Of a stretch of DNA of 64,000 nucleotides, positions 13,501 through 26,287 are shown piece by piece. The notes under the pieces are model-generated. The model was given only the letters and a program-made list of their open reading frames with translations, made no database searches and had not been told where the DNA came from. The position numbers and the translations under genes are program-made. The stretch is from Ascidiella aspersa. Taxonomy: Eukaryota. Position 1 is the first letter of the stretch. Each line of letters starts with the position of its first letter. The stretch spans positions 27,280,001 through 27,344,000 of the forward strand of contig OZ004609.1 in assembly GCA_963924565.1 (NCBI GenBank), given 5' to 3'.

Positions 13501-16500
13501 TATGCCTCGTTTATCATAGAAATGCACTACTCGTGTCGTGTTGACTTGTGATACCTCTCTGTCAAACCAAACTAAACCTATAGGCAAAACATATTTAATT
13601 TAGTTAAGGGTTTGAAGGTGGATAATGACGAATATGCGCTAGATAAAAGTCGTGTTAAGGTTATTCATGTCGACGTGTGAGGTGATTTTTAACAAATACT
13701 TATGAGACGTGATAGGTAATCAACTGCAAAGCTGGGCAATTTTTAAACGAGGAGCGGCGCTGACTGGGCTCGGTTCCATTACGTAATACCCGGCGGTTGA
13801 AAAGACAAGGTAAGGGTGCGGGGATAGTTGTTCGTTGGTAACCAACCAGAAGTCAAACATGTTCGATTCGATAAATTAAGTCAAAACCAGCTACAGTAAA
13901 CACGAGAAAAGGATGGGTTGTTGGGTATGTGACCAGACATCTCGCTTTCGGTTTATGACAGTCCAGATCATAAATGTCGTGGGAAATGGTATTAATAGCG
14001 AAACACGGGCTCGGCGCTCGTACATGGCGGTAAATCCGCCATTCAGCTCCCGCCCTATTTGTCGAACATGTCTGTCATGTCCGTTATCGCCGCGGTTTCT
14101 GTCCATAAATCAAAATCCGATAAGGCGCCATTATCTCTGGTGTCTATCTGCAAAAGGGAATTTCCACTATCGCATATCCACAGAGTTGGCACAAAATTAA
14201 ATGAAAAATAAATTAAAAAAAAAAACACTTATACGTTTTCGAAGCCAAGGTGGATAAAGTGACGTGTTTTAAATGCAAATCGAAAACAAAACAGTATAAA
14301 TTCTCAATAATACAATAACATAGCTTAGTTTTAAAACGGTATTTTCTAAACTTATATCAATTTAAAGAAAAAAAAGATATCAATTTAAAGACAATTAAAT
14401 GTGTTAAAGCTTTGTGGCAACCACGAGTTAAGGCGGTTCAACGAACCTGCAGGGTTTTCTCATATTCTCCGTTTGCCAACACTACGTCCAGGATGTGATA
14501 AAATCGCGTGGAGAAGAGCGACACCTTCTGGCCGTCTTCCAAATTGCGCTTAACCGTTTGCGAATCGCGATCCATTTTTCTGGGTGTAAATATAAAACAA
14601 TAATCTTCATCCTATTAAAAAGAATGCCCGAACTTATGGCATTTACCGCGGGATTTTGCTTTTTTAATTTAAAAAAATATAAATATTACTAAAAGTATGG
14701 GGAAATATATTTATTTTATACTTAGCGGTTACTGATGAGACAAAACGTTTTCCAGAAACCGTCCGTGTTGGACTTAAATATATTAGTAACACAGCATGAC
14801 AACATTTAGGAAAATTATGTAACAAAAAATGTTAGATAAAATTAAGTTGAGATACAATAGTAAACATTTCATGATAAACATAGTTTGACATCAATATAAT
14901 GCTTCCCGTTCAAGTGCCATTAGTTGACTGTGGCTCTCGCAATTTGGCTGTACTTTTTTAATAGCCGTAATCTTACAATGCCAACATAGTGACCAGCCAA
15001 TAGAGCAAGTGTCGCCAAACTAACCTTTTGTTTTTTGGCAGCTGAAATATCTCCTGCCACGTGTGAAAGATCGACTTGTGCTGGTCCTTCTGTCCGATCG
15101 AGAGGTCCTTTACCATATCAACGCTAAGTCTGCAAACGAGATCATTAAAAAAATAGCGTGGACAGTTTTCGCGTTTTAGTATAAAACATACTCTGAAACT
15201 ACACAACGTGCCAATGTGCCATATTGCAGAAGCTTATATTTAAACAAAAAGTAGATCTCTTTTTCAACATTATTGACGAAATTTCAACATTATTGACGGA
15301 CTGAAAATAAGCGGCCTGAACCATACCATGATAAAAAGCGTTCACATACTGATGATCACCTATTGACATGTTTGCGAAAATACCTTACTCTTCAACAAGT
15401 TAAAATAATTGAAGTTAAAATTGGATAGATCCCAACAAAACCACAGAGTTAAAATATCCGAAACAACTTTATTTAAAACACAGAATACTGCAGTTAAGTC
15501 AAAAACGGCATTATCAGAAATGCCAAAAAGTCATTAAAATAGAATTTCTAATGACAATTTCTATATTCCATTTTTTTTTCTTATTATTTTTTTTTTGTTT
15601 TTTATAAGAAACGATTTTGCGTGTCATCCTTGTGCAGGGGCCACTGATATTGTATTTTTATGTTACCTGGTTGTTCCTTTAGAACGCACGAACTGCAGAG
15701 TGTTAATGCAGGCGCGGATGTCGTTGCCCGACTTTTCGCATAGAGCGAGGAGACTGGTCAGGTCGCACTCCAACGATTGGTGACTGCACAACTGAGAAAA
15801 AGAAACCTTGAGGTTGTTACTGAGGGCAAAGCGTTGTTATTTTAAGGAAATAGTGTAAGAAGTGCATAATAAATTCAGAAACAATAATGATAAACGTACT
15901 GGAATACGGATAGGGTAGGGGCCTAGACCTAAGCATTATAAGTGACAGACAGGCGTAACGATACTGATACTTTTCGTAACGAATGTAAAACGTTACCTAA
16001 ATAAATTAGTCAAAACTAATATAACACAAAATAAAAAAAAATAAAAAAAGCGCTGCCAGCAACCGGTGCAAAAAAACGAGTCTGCACAAAAATTGACAAA
16101 TGACCGGAAAACTAGACTAGTAATTTATAATATAAAAACTTCGCACTGGTTGTATACCTGGCGCAAACGTGAGGCCAGTCTCGCCGTGGTTGTCTCTGGA
16201 AACTGTAGGACGTAGCTTTGCTGGCGCAATAGGCGCAAGGCGGGGACGTACCTGTTGGCAAAACGAGCAAAGGTAAAGGCTCTTTTATGAATTATTATTG
16301 TTTATTTTTCTTGTTCGAGGTAATAGCATAATGTATCGTCGTAGAGTGGTCTTGCTCTGTGAAGGTACAAGCTTGGAAAGTGTGTTGTAGGAGCTTTTCA
16401 TGTAAATATGATCGTTTAGTTAACTATATACAACAATTATCATGATTGGATGAGGGATCGGCCAACATTGATAGAAAATACAATAGTTTATACCGAATGT

Positions 16501-19500
16501 TTTGATAACCTTTTACCATCGTTTTAAAAATCTAATTTAACGACGGTCTCACAATGTGCAATATAAAACCAAATAATTTATACAAAACCTTCCGCACTAT
16601 ATAATGAGTTTTACTCACAGATCATTGCAGATGCAGATGATAGGGCGCTGCAAGAAGTTCTTCGATTGCTTTTTCTTCTTTTTCTGTTTCTCCGGATTTT
16701 TGATGGGGTTGACTGCATTCAGCAAAACGTTGATGGCAGCCTGCGCGGATAAAACATGTCATTTGGGTATATTAGTTCACCTGAATTAAAAATGGCAAAT
16801 CTATGAAATAGAAGTATAAACTTAAACAAGAACAATACCAAAACGCATTGGCCTTGCCATTTGTTTTTTTATAGCGAAAGTCGAATACTCCGATCCACAG
16901 CGTCTCAACATTAAGTGGTTTAAATTATATCACACAGAAAATGAGTATTACATGAATTGATAAGTTGCCTGAATCAATGAGCTTTAAGAATTGTACCTGG
17001 GGCTGCACAACGAGTAATGTAAATCACACGGCATGTTAAACGTATTGTTGTCGCTGGTTACCTGAGGTGCACCGTCAATCTCGTCGATGATTAAACAGTT
17101 GGGTCTCTGATCTGTCCCAAGAACCGACTTCATCTGAGTCGTCTCCTCCAGTTTTCTCTTGAAAGCGTCCGCACTTCGGTCGTCACTGGAACGATGGGAG
17201 ACTGGCTTATGATTACGTCATACCACGTCACAAAAAGCTTAGACCAGAAATTGGAGTGAGCTCGAATACTTCGTTTTTAACACGAAAAGAATATATTACC
17301 TTTCCAAAATTATTAGGTGACTACAGATTTAACTTTAGGCAACGTACGCCCGTTTGGTATTTGTTCTATTAATATTATACATATATTATTGCAATATCTA
17401 CTTGACTAATATTTTGCACCGTACAGCTTTAAAAGACAAAGTAAACTTTAGACGTGCTTCCTATTCAATTATGAGAAAAGAGAGTGCTTTTTCGCAGAAT
17501 GTGATTTTTTGTACCTGGCGTTCATTTCCACAACGTGGTATCCGGCGTGTCGAGCGATGATGTGGGCTAAGGTAGTTTTTCCCAAGCCGGGAGCGCCACA
17601 GAGCAGCGCGAATTTGAAGTGGGGCCTCTTGAATTCATCCAGTTCCTAAAAATAAAATATTAGATGCATTAAAAACTCAATGTACGTTTGCAGTCGCCGG
17701 ATTGACTTTAGATCAGCGGTTTCAACCAGTGGACCATGGTTCACTGGTGGGCCATGGAAACTTTTTAGATGGGCCACAGACCAATTTAAAAAAGCTAAAT
17801 TTAATGAAGAATTTAGTTTCATTTGTGTCCCTATACCTAAATTTACAGGAATAATGGCTTGCAGGGGAATTAAGTAGAAATGTAAATTTATTGTTATATG
17901 CTCCGCTATAAGGTTTTTATAGTTTGTCCATTTAATAAAATTTATTGGGCCACAGAATTTTTGTGCAACGAAAATGGCCACGAAAGATAAAAAGGTTGAG
18001 AACTACTGCTTTAGATTATGTCAACACATTTTCTTAATAACTGTTGCATAATATAACGGTTTTAAAATATATATCTAATTAGGCAAGAATCACATAAACT
18101 CTACTTAGACCGATTAAAAAAAAAGACAACTTTTAGGTAAATTATGACCTCCTCTAGATCTTTAGACTTGAAGTTCTTGCCGAACTTTGCTTTAAGGATT
18201 TGTTGTTTTTCCTCTTTTTCCTTTTCCTCTTTGGACTTTGGTTTCTTTTTGGGCAGTTCCCGGCCGAACACGACGTGATCCCAAAGCTTCAGCCATTTCA
18301 GCAAAGAACGATTCACGCCCTACAAAGAAAATATTTGACTGTAAGGTTTATAGATAGAAATCGCTTTTCTGATGTAAACGAAGTTATAAATGGCGTTTTA
18401 GCAGCAGATACCAGCTGACCTCATCAGGGTTAGTAATTTAATTAAAAAGGGGAATGCGTTATCCAGCTTATATACTTAAAAGTATAAAATAAAAAACTAT
18501 AGATTAAAGTAAGAAATCTAGACGTCGCTGAAGTATGCGATAAGCTGTGACGCGACGGAGTCATCCGGCGCGTCGAACAACGAGCGTTTATGTGTTCTGC
18601 AACGGATGACCCCGTCGTCAGCGTTTTCAATCTAGTAATATGTTGCCTGATGGAGCTAACTCCATGATAAAGGTTCATAGTCTAGTTCCTTTCAACTAAA
18701 CAAATCCCACAAACTATTCGTGATACACGCTTTTCCGCTTCAAACATTTTTAAGTTTGGTGGTGTTTCAACACATTAACTATTTGTAAACACGGCAAGAG
18801 GATTTAAACTACACAATGAATGCACCGTGTTTACCAGTGCAGGCCATTTTACGTACAGATACAAAATTTTAAAAATTTGCACAAAACATTATTTACTTTT
18901 AAAAACTAAAACCTAAAACACAAGCGGTCCTCTGCTGCAAAGTTTCAATTCAACCTCCTGCCAGACTGCTACAGCTTTGGTACAGTGACAATTTGAAAAA
19001 GGTTTTTCTGGTGCACCCTGCATATACACTTTCGTAGGTTTCACGCTCATATCTTGCATTGCAAAAAAATCCAAAATTCAATGTCCCTTACATTAATCTG
19101 CCCATTCAACAAAAGTGTAATACCTCGTCACTGAGGAGGTGGGTGTAATGCGTGGGTGCAAACTTGTTGACCCATAATCCCTCTTGCGGGGTTTCCTCAC
19201 TGCTATAAATGCCCTCATCTTCTTGGCTGTCCAACTCTGTGGTAAGCGTGCTGTCTGACAGAATCTGATTGGCCAAAGTGCTGTCCAGTTGACCCAAAGA
19301 TGAACTGCGGACCTCGTCGGTTATGCGCTGGCTCTCAAGCATTGCCTTGCGTTGTTCCTGCAAATTAAATACAAAGTTTACAAAATCGGGGACTACTTTT
19401 TAGAAATAGGGCCTTATTTAAATAGCAAATGTAAAAAACAAAAGGAACATATAGTGTTTACAATATAATTAGCGATTCTAAAACAATATGCTAAAGTTTA

Positions 19501-22500
19501 ATTAACATCCAATTGAAGCAGTGACTCTATTGTAATACCACTTTTTCAAATATAATTTAGGGTATCCTAATTAGATATTCTGGTGTCCATGTATTAAGGG
19601 GTTGAAGACAGACTTGGGCAACTTAATTAAACTACTAGTAAATTAGTTAAAGCGACATTCGATCAATTCTAAAGCTATTTTTTCAATTATTTGTGTTTTA
19701 TGATTCGAGTCTTAATCTAAATTCTGCTTGGACCAAAAACGCCATTTTGTCCGACTTCATGTTTTAGTTTTTGGTCAAAACATATTATCAGATATGCAGG
19801 AATTAGTTCTGATCTAAATTGGGAAAACTAGAGCGCTCTAATTTTAATTTTGACTTAATAATGCAAAAAACTGAAAAAATTCTAGTTTGTTGAAGCAAAA
19901 TAACACACACTTCTTATTTTTGGCCTCTCCACCTTATTAGGTGGATTTACAGTTACCTGTTCAAAAATACTTTGTCGTAGCTCAGCCACTGAATATGGTA
20001 GTAACTGTGCTGACCGCGATCCTGTAATCAATTCATTCGTATTTACAGCCTGTAAAATAAAATACAATAAATACAAGTGGGAGAACATTCATTTTATAAT
20101 ACAATTAAAACGTATTAATACCATCTAGATTCGATTAAACTAGAGCAATCAAGCTTTTTACCAGTCTAACCCTGGAGTGTATATAGTTATGTAATGGTAA
20201 AGACTGCAAAGTACCTGTGTGATTTTTTCATGAGATCGGAGTCTCATATAGACCCTTTGACCATCAGAGGAAGTTGCAGAAACATAATCACTGTGAACTG
20301 GAGGACAGACAAGCACCTTTGTCAATTGAAAAGGGGTCTTAATCCCTGTTTCAACTGAAAAAAAAAAAAAAAAAATAAGTTTTTGTATTTTAATTACACA
20401 GGATTAACAAAAAAATCACTCCATATTTCAATGATTAATAAAATAATAAGTGGAAAACATTGAGCGGAATTCTAAACTGATCCTTTAAAATCTGTAATTA
20501 GTGGCTAGCACTGAAAGCGACTTTTTTATTTAAGGATTAAATAAACTTAAGTAAATTTGAGCAAAGTGTTGTCGCAGCCAAGTGGTTATGAACTATGCAG
20601 TAACAGTTAAACGCCACTGCTTAGTATGCAGACAGAAAAAAACTCAGTGAAAGTTATTACATTTTTTAAAAACAACTTCTACACGCTTTTCTGTTGAAAC
20701 CTTTCTTTATAAAATTTAAACACATACCTGCTGGCAGAAACTCACTAGAGTCATGTTTGTTTTCACGGTATCTTAAAATCTTGTCAATCATTTGTGGTGT
20801 TGATAAAATATTATTTTCTTTCAGTCTTTGTTCTTCTTTCCTGCCAAATAAATTCAGTTCACATTGCTTTTGCAGTTTTATTCTTTAAAGCAATCTTGTT
20901 CAAAAAAATCAAGTTAACTAGTTCAATCATCCAACCAACCAAATCAAGCCACAACATGTTTCGCGAAGCATGGCTTAGGAGTTAGGATGAAAACCATATT
21001 TTTAATTTTTTTTGTCTATGCTACCGCTGTTCAAAAAATTGAAAAAATTAAACTCAGCTCTGAGTTTTTTTAAAAGATAGTATTGCTTTACAGACTTCCA
21101 TCAAATTTTTGGTATTTTACAATGAAAATCTCTTATGGGCAAAGCAAAAGTTTACTTTGTAAACGTTACGTTAAAACTGCTTCATATATTTTACTAGAAA
21201 AAATGCCAAAATAGTTTAAAGATGAAACAATGTTTGGAAGCAACTTTATGTAGCACTTAACTTATCTATACCAGTTGTTTCCAAACTCTTTTATTCCATG
21301 TGGCAACCACGTTTTTTTTTAAGATTGTAATGAAAATAATTGGAAAAATTTTATAATTATAAAATTAGATAATCTATAGTGAATTTTAATGAGATGAGAT
21401 CACTTACTGCCCTTTATTCGATTTACAAACCTCTTAGTTGCATACATGCATTTATCAATAAAAAGTTTCTCTTTTGAAGCAACATTAAAACTACTTGACC
21501 CAAATTGGTTCCCCGACCCAACTTTAGGAACAGCTGTTCATTTTATTATACATACCACTTTAAGGCAATATCCCTGTCTGTGTCAAGTGTTGTTGGCATG
21601 CTTGGTTTTCTTTGAAAATCCAATCTTGGACGTTTGTTTTGGGGGCCTAAATTAGATAATATACACAACTCTAATTAGCGATACAAAATATTAAACAGAA
21701 AATATCAACAAACAGCAACATACTTAAAGGCACAATATCTTCCTCATCAATTATCAAGTTAGAATCAATTTCAATATTTTGCATAGGAGAAAACAACTTT
21801 CTTCTTTTGTTGATACCAATTTCAGGTAGCTCTTCTTCTGGGATGATTGGTTGTGAAATTTCTTTTGGTTTTGAAGGTAATTGGGTTTTAGAAACACCTG
21901 TTAAAATAACAGTACACATGAAAACCTAAAATTAGAATAAAATACTAGATACCTTTAAACAAACATAATTTGAACCAAACAAGTGAAAAAAAATACTATG
22001 TAAATGACAAATTGCAATAAAATGACAATAACATCAGTTTGTTTAAGTAAAAGGGAAATGTATGCATTTTAAATTTATTGTTATTTATATTTCAAGGGAG
22101 TTTAATTCACAAATTGCTTTTGCGTATGCTACATGTGTTTTTGCTTTTGAATTTCAAGTAATATATTTCACTAGACCAGGGGTCGGCAACCTTTTTGTAG
22201 TCGCGGGCCAAAACCAAACTGAGAAAGGTCTCTGCGGGTCGCACAAAATGTTAACTAGGAATTAAGTTATTAAAATGTTAAAACTACCGTGAATCAGGCG
22301 GACATTGGATCTTTTTTGCGCCTAAAAACGTGTTTAAATACATTTAAGGAGGCAGTAATAAAGTGTTGGCACAAAGCGCGAATAAAATGCGTTTGTTTGG
22401 TTCAACAGTTAATCTAGTTAAGTGTTTGTCAACCTTTTAAAGTCCGGGCACACCTGGCGAGCGAAGCGAGCACAATTTTTTTTTTTTATAACGCCATTTC

Positions 22501-24462
22501 TTGCAAGTTTTCATTAGCCTACATTGCCGATAATAAAAAATAAAAAAAATGCTAAAAAATATATGTCCAATATTTGTGAATACATTTTCCGTTTGTCCGC
22601 GACGCACTTGGCAACCTTCCACGGCACAACGGTAAAGAAGCGCTAATCTATATTTGAAAAGACAGCGTCTAAACGTAATCAAACCGAATGGAGAAGGATA
22701 ATTCACGCGAAGCGCGAAAATTTTTCGCACTTACGTAGTTAAAATAGTTAAAAAGTATTTGAAATGGAATCGTGCCTATAGTTTGTCAAAGAGGCGGCGG
22801 GCCGGATCCGGCCCGCGGGCCGTAGGTTGCCGACCCCTGCACTAGACCTTACATGTTTGTGCCCCCAAGCCTAGACCGGATATTTACCAAAGACTTAATA
22901 ACCAACTCTTCCTGTACATTAAATCACTCTATATGCTGTCAGATGTGCTAAAGTCTTTACTGGTATTTTCAGCCTCGACATACATTTCATAAAAAATTGA
23001 AATTCATTAGCCGTGTAAACCTGAGTCAGCAAATGCGCTGAATTTAGTTGCACCAAATTTCAAATTAAAAATATTTGCGGGGATGTTTATGCAGCCTAAA
23101 ATTGCATTGCTGTAGTATAGCTTCTGCTAAAATTTGAGGGGTTGTAATGTTATCTTTAAAATATGCAGAGCTGAAAATTAAGTACTAGCCTGAAAATCCA
23201 TATGTGTAAGTTAATTTTGCACATTTGAGCTTTTTTTTTTTACTGCTGAAGGAATTTTAAGCTCTTTTGCACAAAATGAGCGGCTATGACTGCGAATGAA
23301 CGGGCAACTGCACTACAGATTAAAACACAAGCCAACTAAAAAGTCGCGTATACAGTTTTTAGTAGTAATTAGTTTACAGCCATACAAATTAGAGGAATAA
23401 CTTCAATACAGCCGCACACATTTAGACTGCTTAGACATGATCGCCCACAATATCCATAGTTTCAAATGTAGTCTGCCCCGAGGTTAAAAAGTTTGGAATA
23501 AATCGCCTACCATTTGCACTCTTAGCTCCTGTCGTACCCAATCATTTCACGAAAATTGCTGTGAAATACGTTTAGCTTTGAAAACTTCAGTACTGCTTAC
23601 GACTTTTGATAGTAATTGATCCATTAGGGAAGTATGGAAAATCTCAACGAGGTCTTCCGGGTGCGAAAAAGAAAATTTGAGTTGATCGGGTGAACAAAAG
23701 TTCAGCGCACCCCACTTGTGTAACAATAGGAATATTGGGGTATATGTTGAGTCAAATAAAAAAACTTGTGTGTGCACTTGCTATACTTTCCACAGTGGGC
23801 AATTCATTAACAACCATGCAGTTCTTTAAAAAAAATGTTAGTACGGCAATTTTAGGATTTCTAAAAATGTCGTGCAAAATACAAAGTTTTTTAATCTGGT
23901 TATCAATCAATGGTAAACACTGTTAGGCCTTATTAGGTATATATACAAAGCAATTGGTTGTTTAGGGGTCAAGGTTCGACTTTTTGTCCTGTATTTACTT
24001 TAACATAACTGAGTTTTTGGCGCTCTTTCACTATTGTACGTGAAAAGTTATGCAAAAAAGAAAAAAATAAGAATACTGCATACCACAACGCATATTGTTT
24101 GGGTTAGGGTGCGGGTTAGAGTTTGGGTGAGGGTGGGTCAAGTAATATTATGTTTATTATTAATAATAACTTGACCCACCCTCAACCAAATGCTAACCCG
24201 AACCCTAACCCAAACAAAATGCGTTGTGGTATGCGGCATTTGAAGAAATTTTTTTCTTTTTTTTATTAATTTTTACGTACAATAGTGAAAGAGCGCCGAG
24301 TTTTTTTATTAGTCTAAATATTGATAAGTTACGAAATAAATTGAATAGCGGATTGTCGTTGACTGAAAAATTCAACTCACCTTCTAGCTCGTCCAACGCA
24401 TCTAGATCATCTGCATACTCTGTTTCATACAAATCATATTCATCAAAACCGAAGTCAGCCAT
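1529..24462 (-). CDS. CHTF18: Chromosome transmission fidelity protein 18 (Ctf18-RFC large subunit, AAA+ ATPase), 22 coding exons, ~968 aa
   Basis: Exons in transcript order: 24381-24462, 21724-21897, 21556-21646, 20728-20840, 20215-20354, 19957-20049, 19124-19357, 18149-18319, 17515-17645, 17062-17185, 16619-16740, 16158-16251, 15667-15791, 15025-15129, 14447-14579, 12586-12810, 11759-11908, 10862-10992, 9263-9407, 8505-8639, 6133-6199, 1529-1650. All introns GT-AG, phases match, total 2907 nt. Motifs: LWVNKFAP..Y..LLSDE, NRSLLKWLKLWD, Walker A GAPGLGKT, EMNASDDR, Walker B LIIDEIDG, RPIICICNDLY, GNDIRACINTLQF, C-terminal WFRYNEGFSNAIRR. Confidence 0.96.
3760..5370. promoter_or_regulatory. 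CpG-rich promoter/enhancer-like island in the last intron of CHTF18
   Basis: TGACGTCA at 4024, 5280 and 5293; minus-strand TATAAA at 5238-5243; GGCGGG at 5244; CCAAT at ~5138; NRF1-like GCGCATGCG at ~5068; TTACGTAA at 5100; very high CpG density. Confidence 0.55.
6661..6899. repeat. Foldback (inverted-repeat) element, ~100-bp arms
   Basis: agcaaatatt..tttagactttcc..caaagtcagtcattaat..ttctagtcattt..gagaaatat.tttcgcca is mirrored at 6793-6899. Confidence 0.85.
11026..11392. mobile_element. MITE with CAAGTC subterminal repeats
   Basis: TIR CAGTGTTGTAAT / ATTACAATACTG; many CAAGTC units at both ends. An inverted relic of similar repeats lies at ~60125-60180. Confidence 0.75.
12811..12832 (-). 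repeat. (CAA)n microsatellite forming the 3' splice site of CHTF18 exon 16
   Basis: Minus strand tgcaacaacaacaacaacaacaacag|GGC. Confidence 0.9.
12859..13224. mobile_element. Dispersed repeat family (hAT-like, ccgatac motifs); relatives at ~25165-25365 and ~27260-27305
   Basis: TAGGG...CCCTA ends. 12876-12941 aligns by eye with 25181-25252 (tttattg..caatacccga.attt...aaaagtt..cgcg....c.atac.aaatga.gtca). Confidence 0.55.
15611..15643 (-). pseudogene. U6 snRNA fragment with A-rich tail, in CHTF18 intron 13
   Basis: Minus strand TGGCCCCTGCACAAGGATGACACGCAAAATCGT matches the conserved U6 core (TGGCCCCTGCGCAAGGATGACACGCAAAWTCGT) with one clear mismatch. Followed by an A-rich tract (15570-15607). 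The U6 5' part and ACAGAGA box are missing or degraded. Confidence 0.85.
17714..18008. mobile_element. hAT MITE
   Basis: Ends CAGCGGTTTCAACC / GGTTGAGAACTACTG; perfect TSD CTTTAGAT; repeated GGGCCAC motifs. Confidence 0.9.
18392..18810 (-). mobile_element. Penelope-like element relic (GIY-YIG-like fragment plus decayed hammerhead)
   Basis: Minus-frame SSIRQH...SSVAEH resembles PLE endonuclease; followed by CTGATGA-GGTCAGC..GCTGCT-AAAACGCC. Confidence 0.4.
22177..22839. mobile_element. hAT (Buster/Charlie-type) MITE, young
   Basis: 16-bp perfect TIRs CAGGGGTCGGCAACCT / AGGTTGCCGACCCCTG; perfect 8-bp TSD CACTAGAC; subterminal GCGGGCCG motifs. Confidence 0.93.
24017..24300. repeat. ~284-bp foldback palindrome with telomere-like GGGTTAGGG units, CHTF18 intron 1
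   Basis: Left arm ggcgctctttcactattgtacg...gcataccacaacgca...gggttagggt...gagggtgggtcaagt is mirrored in reverse complement on the right, around a short AT loop at ~24150-24160. Confidence 0.9.
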
Positions 24463-24562
24463 GTTCAGTTGCACCAGTTTAATTAACAGGTTTATTTTGA
24501 AATATAAAATAGAATGCACTCCAGTTGTTCCTTATTAATATTAATAGAAAACAGCTTTACGA

Positions 24563-24574
24563 TTTCCCGCCAAA
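24563..24574 (-). promoter_or_regulatory. E2F site upstream of CHTF18
   Basis: TTTGGCGGGAAA on the CHTF18 strand, ~100 bp before the ATG. A CHR-like TTTGAA lies at 24496-24501. Both fit a replication gene. Confidence 0.6.
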
Positions 24575-26287
24575 TGAGCATAAAATTAAAATAGGCAGTC
24601 AAGCATGTCGGAATAGCAGCATAAAAATTAAAAAATTACAATCGTCACCTACCGGTTTTTATCGAAATTTTGCCAATGTCAACGCATTTTTTTTCGGATT
24701 TTAGGCTATTAGACTGGATTCAGTTGTAAATAGCGTACAATTTCGCTCGAGAACCATGAATGCTTTTTAGGAATAATTGTTTAAAGACGTCACATCAAGA
24801 CGTAAATTGGCGACATCATCCATAAAAAAGGTCATATCCCAAACAAAAATCCTGGATCCGCCCCTGATCAATACCTTTATAATAATATGCCTCAGCCCTA
24901 ATTTAGCCTATTTAGTAAAATATAGTTAACTAGTGAACTAAAATCTATAGCACCTTTATAGTAGCCTTATTGTGGCTCTCTGGATGGTTGGCCATCCTTG
25001 GTATGTGTTTATGGCATACGGGTTCTTAACCAGCAATGGGTTTTCTCCATGAGTGTCCCGAATAGTCGAAATTCAAGTTCTGTTTGAGTTTAATAAAAAC
25101 TGATTAAAAAAACTTTAATGTAACAAATAGGCCATGTCTTTACCTCAGCTGGAATGTGTTTAAACTCCGATCCGTGCTATTTTATTGGGATACCAATACC
25201 CGACATTTTGATAAAAAGTTATCGCGTTTTGATCCGATACAAAATGATGTCATTACTGAAGTCAAATAAGCAAAACGCACTAATACCACCAGAGTATCGG
25301 ACAAGTACCGAAACTATCCCTTGGCAGAGGAAATCCGGCTCCGATCCGATATTATCGAACCGTCCTAGCTGCAGCAGCCCACTCAGAACCATGTAACGCA
25401 GGATGGTAAACTTTTTCTCTAAGATTTGTAGCAATGGAGCAAGTTCTTAAAATATGACTCTATACCTGCTGACCTGTCTACTGTATTCACATAGCGAAAT
25501 TACAAAAAAACAAGTTTGGCCTATTGCCTATATAACCAGATAGTTCTTAGACTTATATCGTAAAACAATAAAAAGTTCATAACGATTTTTTTAGAGAAAT
25601 CGCTAAAGGGAGTGTCTTAGCAAGTTCAGTGGAATTTAAAATCATTCCGCAATTTCTTCGATCGCTGTATTTTAGGTTTAACAACAACACTTGTCAGACC
25701 GGGAAATAACCTCGGTGCGATGTGTCGTGTTTTGCCATCAACAGTTTCCGCTTTGTCGCGGGAATAGCGTAGCATCAACAATAAGAGCATTGCGCCGGCT
25801 AACTAGACTGTAGTTAAATGAGATACAGGGTAAGTATAGCAGTTACGCTTCGGCAGACTTTGTACCGTTACGCCAGCATAGGTCAGTACAAGAATGGCAG
25901 CAGGTAGGGTGACAGGCAACTAAGTAGGACCTAACGGCAGGGCTACAAAAACATAGTAGACGTTAGAGCTGTCATCGCCCTTTGAAATGTTATTGTTGTT
26001 ATGCGACATTAAACGTGTTTCTCAATACGACAGGAGAAAATATGTGCAACCAACTATATAAGCGAGACAAACGACATGTTTGTTCATTCTATCATACGAA
26101 AACAAATACTGATCGAATAATCATTTCAAAAAGTTGTTATTTAATTGAACGTGATATTTTCAATTCCAGTCGAAACCGCCATTATCTCGAACAAGAAGCT
26201 TATAAACAACGGTGTGAAAATCAGTTTGTTTGTACCTAAACGAATCCACTGAGCATTAAATCCGTAGCTCTACGGTTGAATTACAGC

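Noticed and set aside
15261-15300. Short tandem duplications (also 13031-13060, 55347-55400)
   Set aside because: Ordinary slippage duplications in introns.
24100-24212. Interstitial telomere or chromosome-fusion scar
   Set aside because: Only 2-3 degenerate TTAGGG units, embedded in a larger non-telomeric palindrome; better explained as a foldback element.
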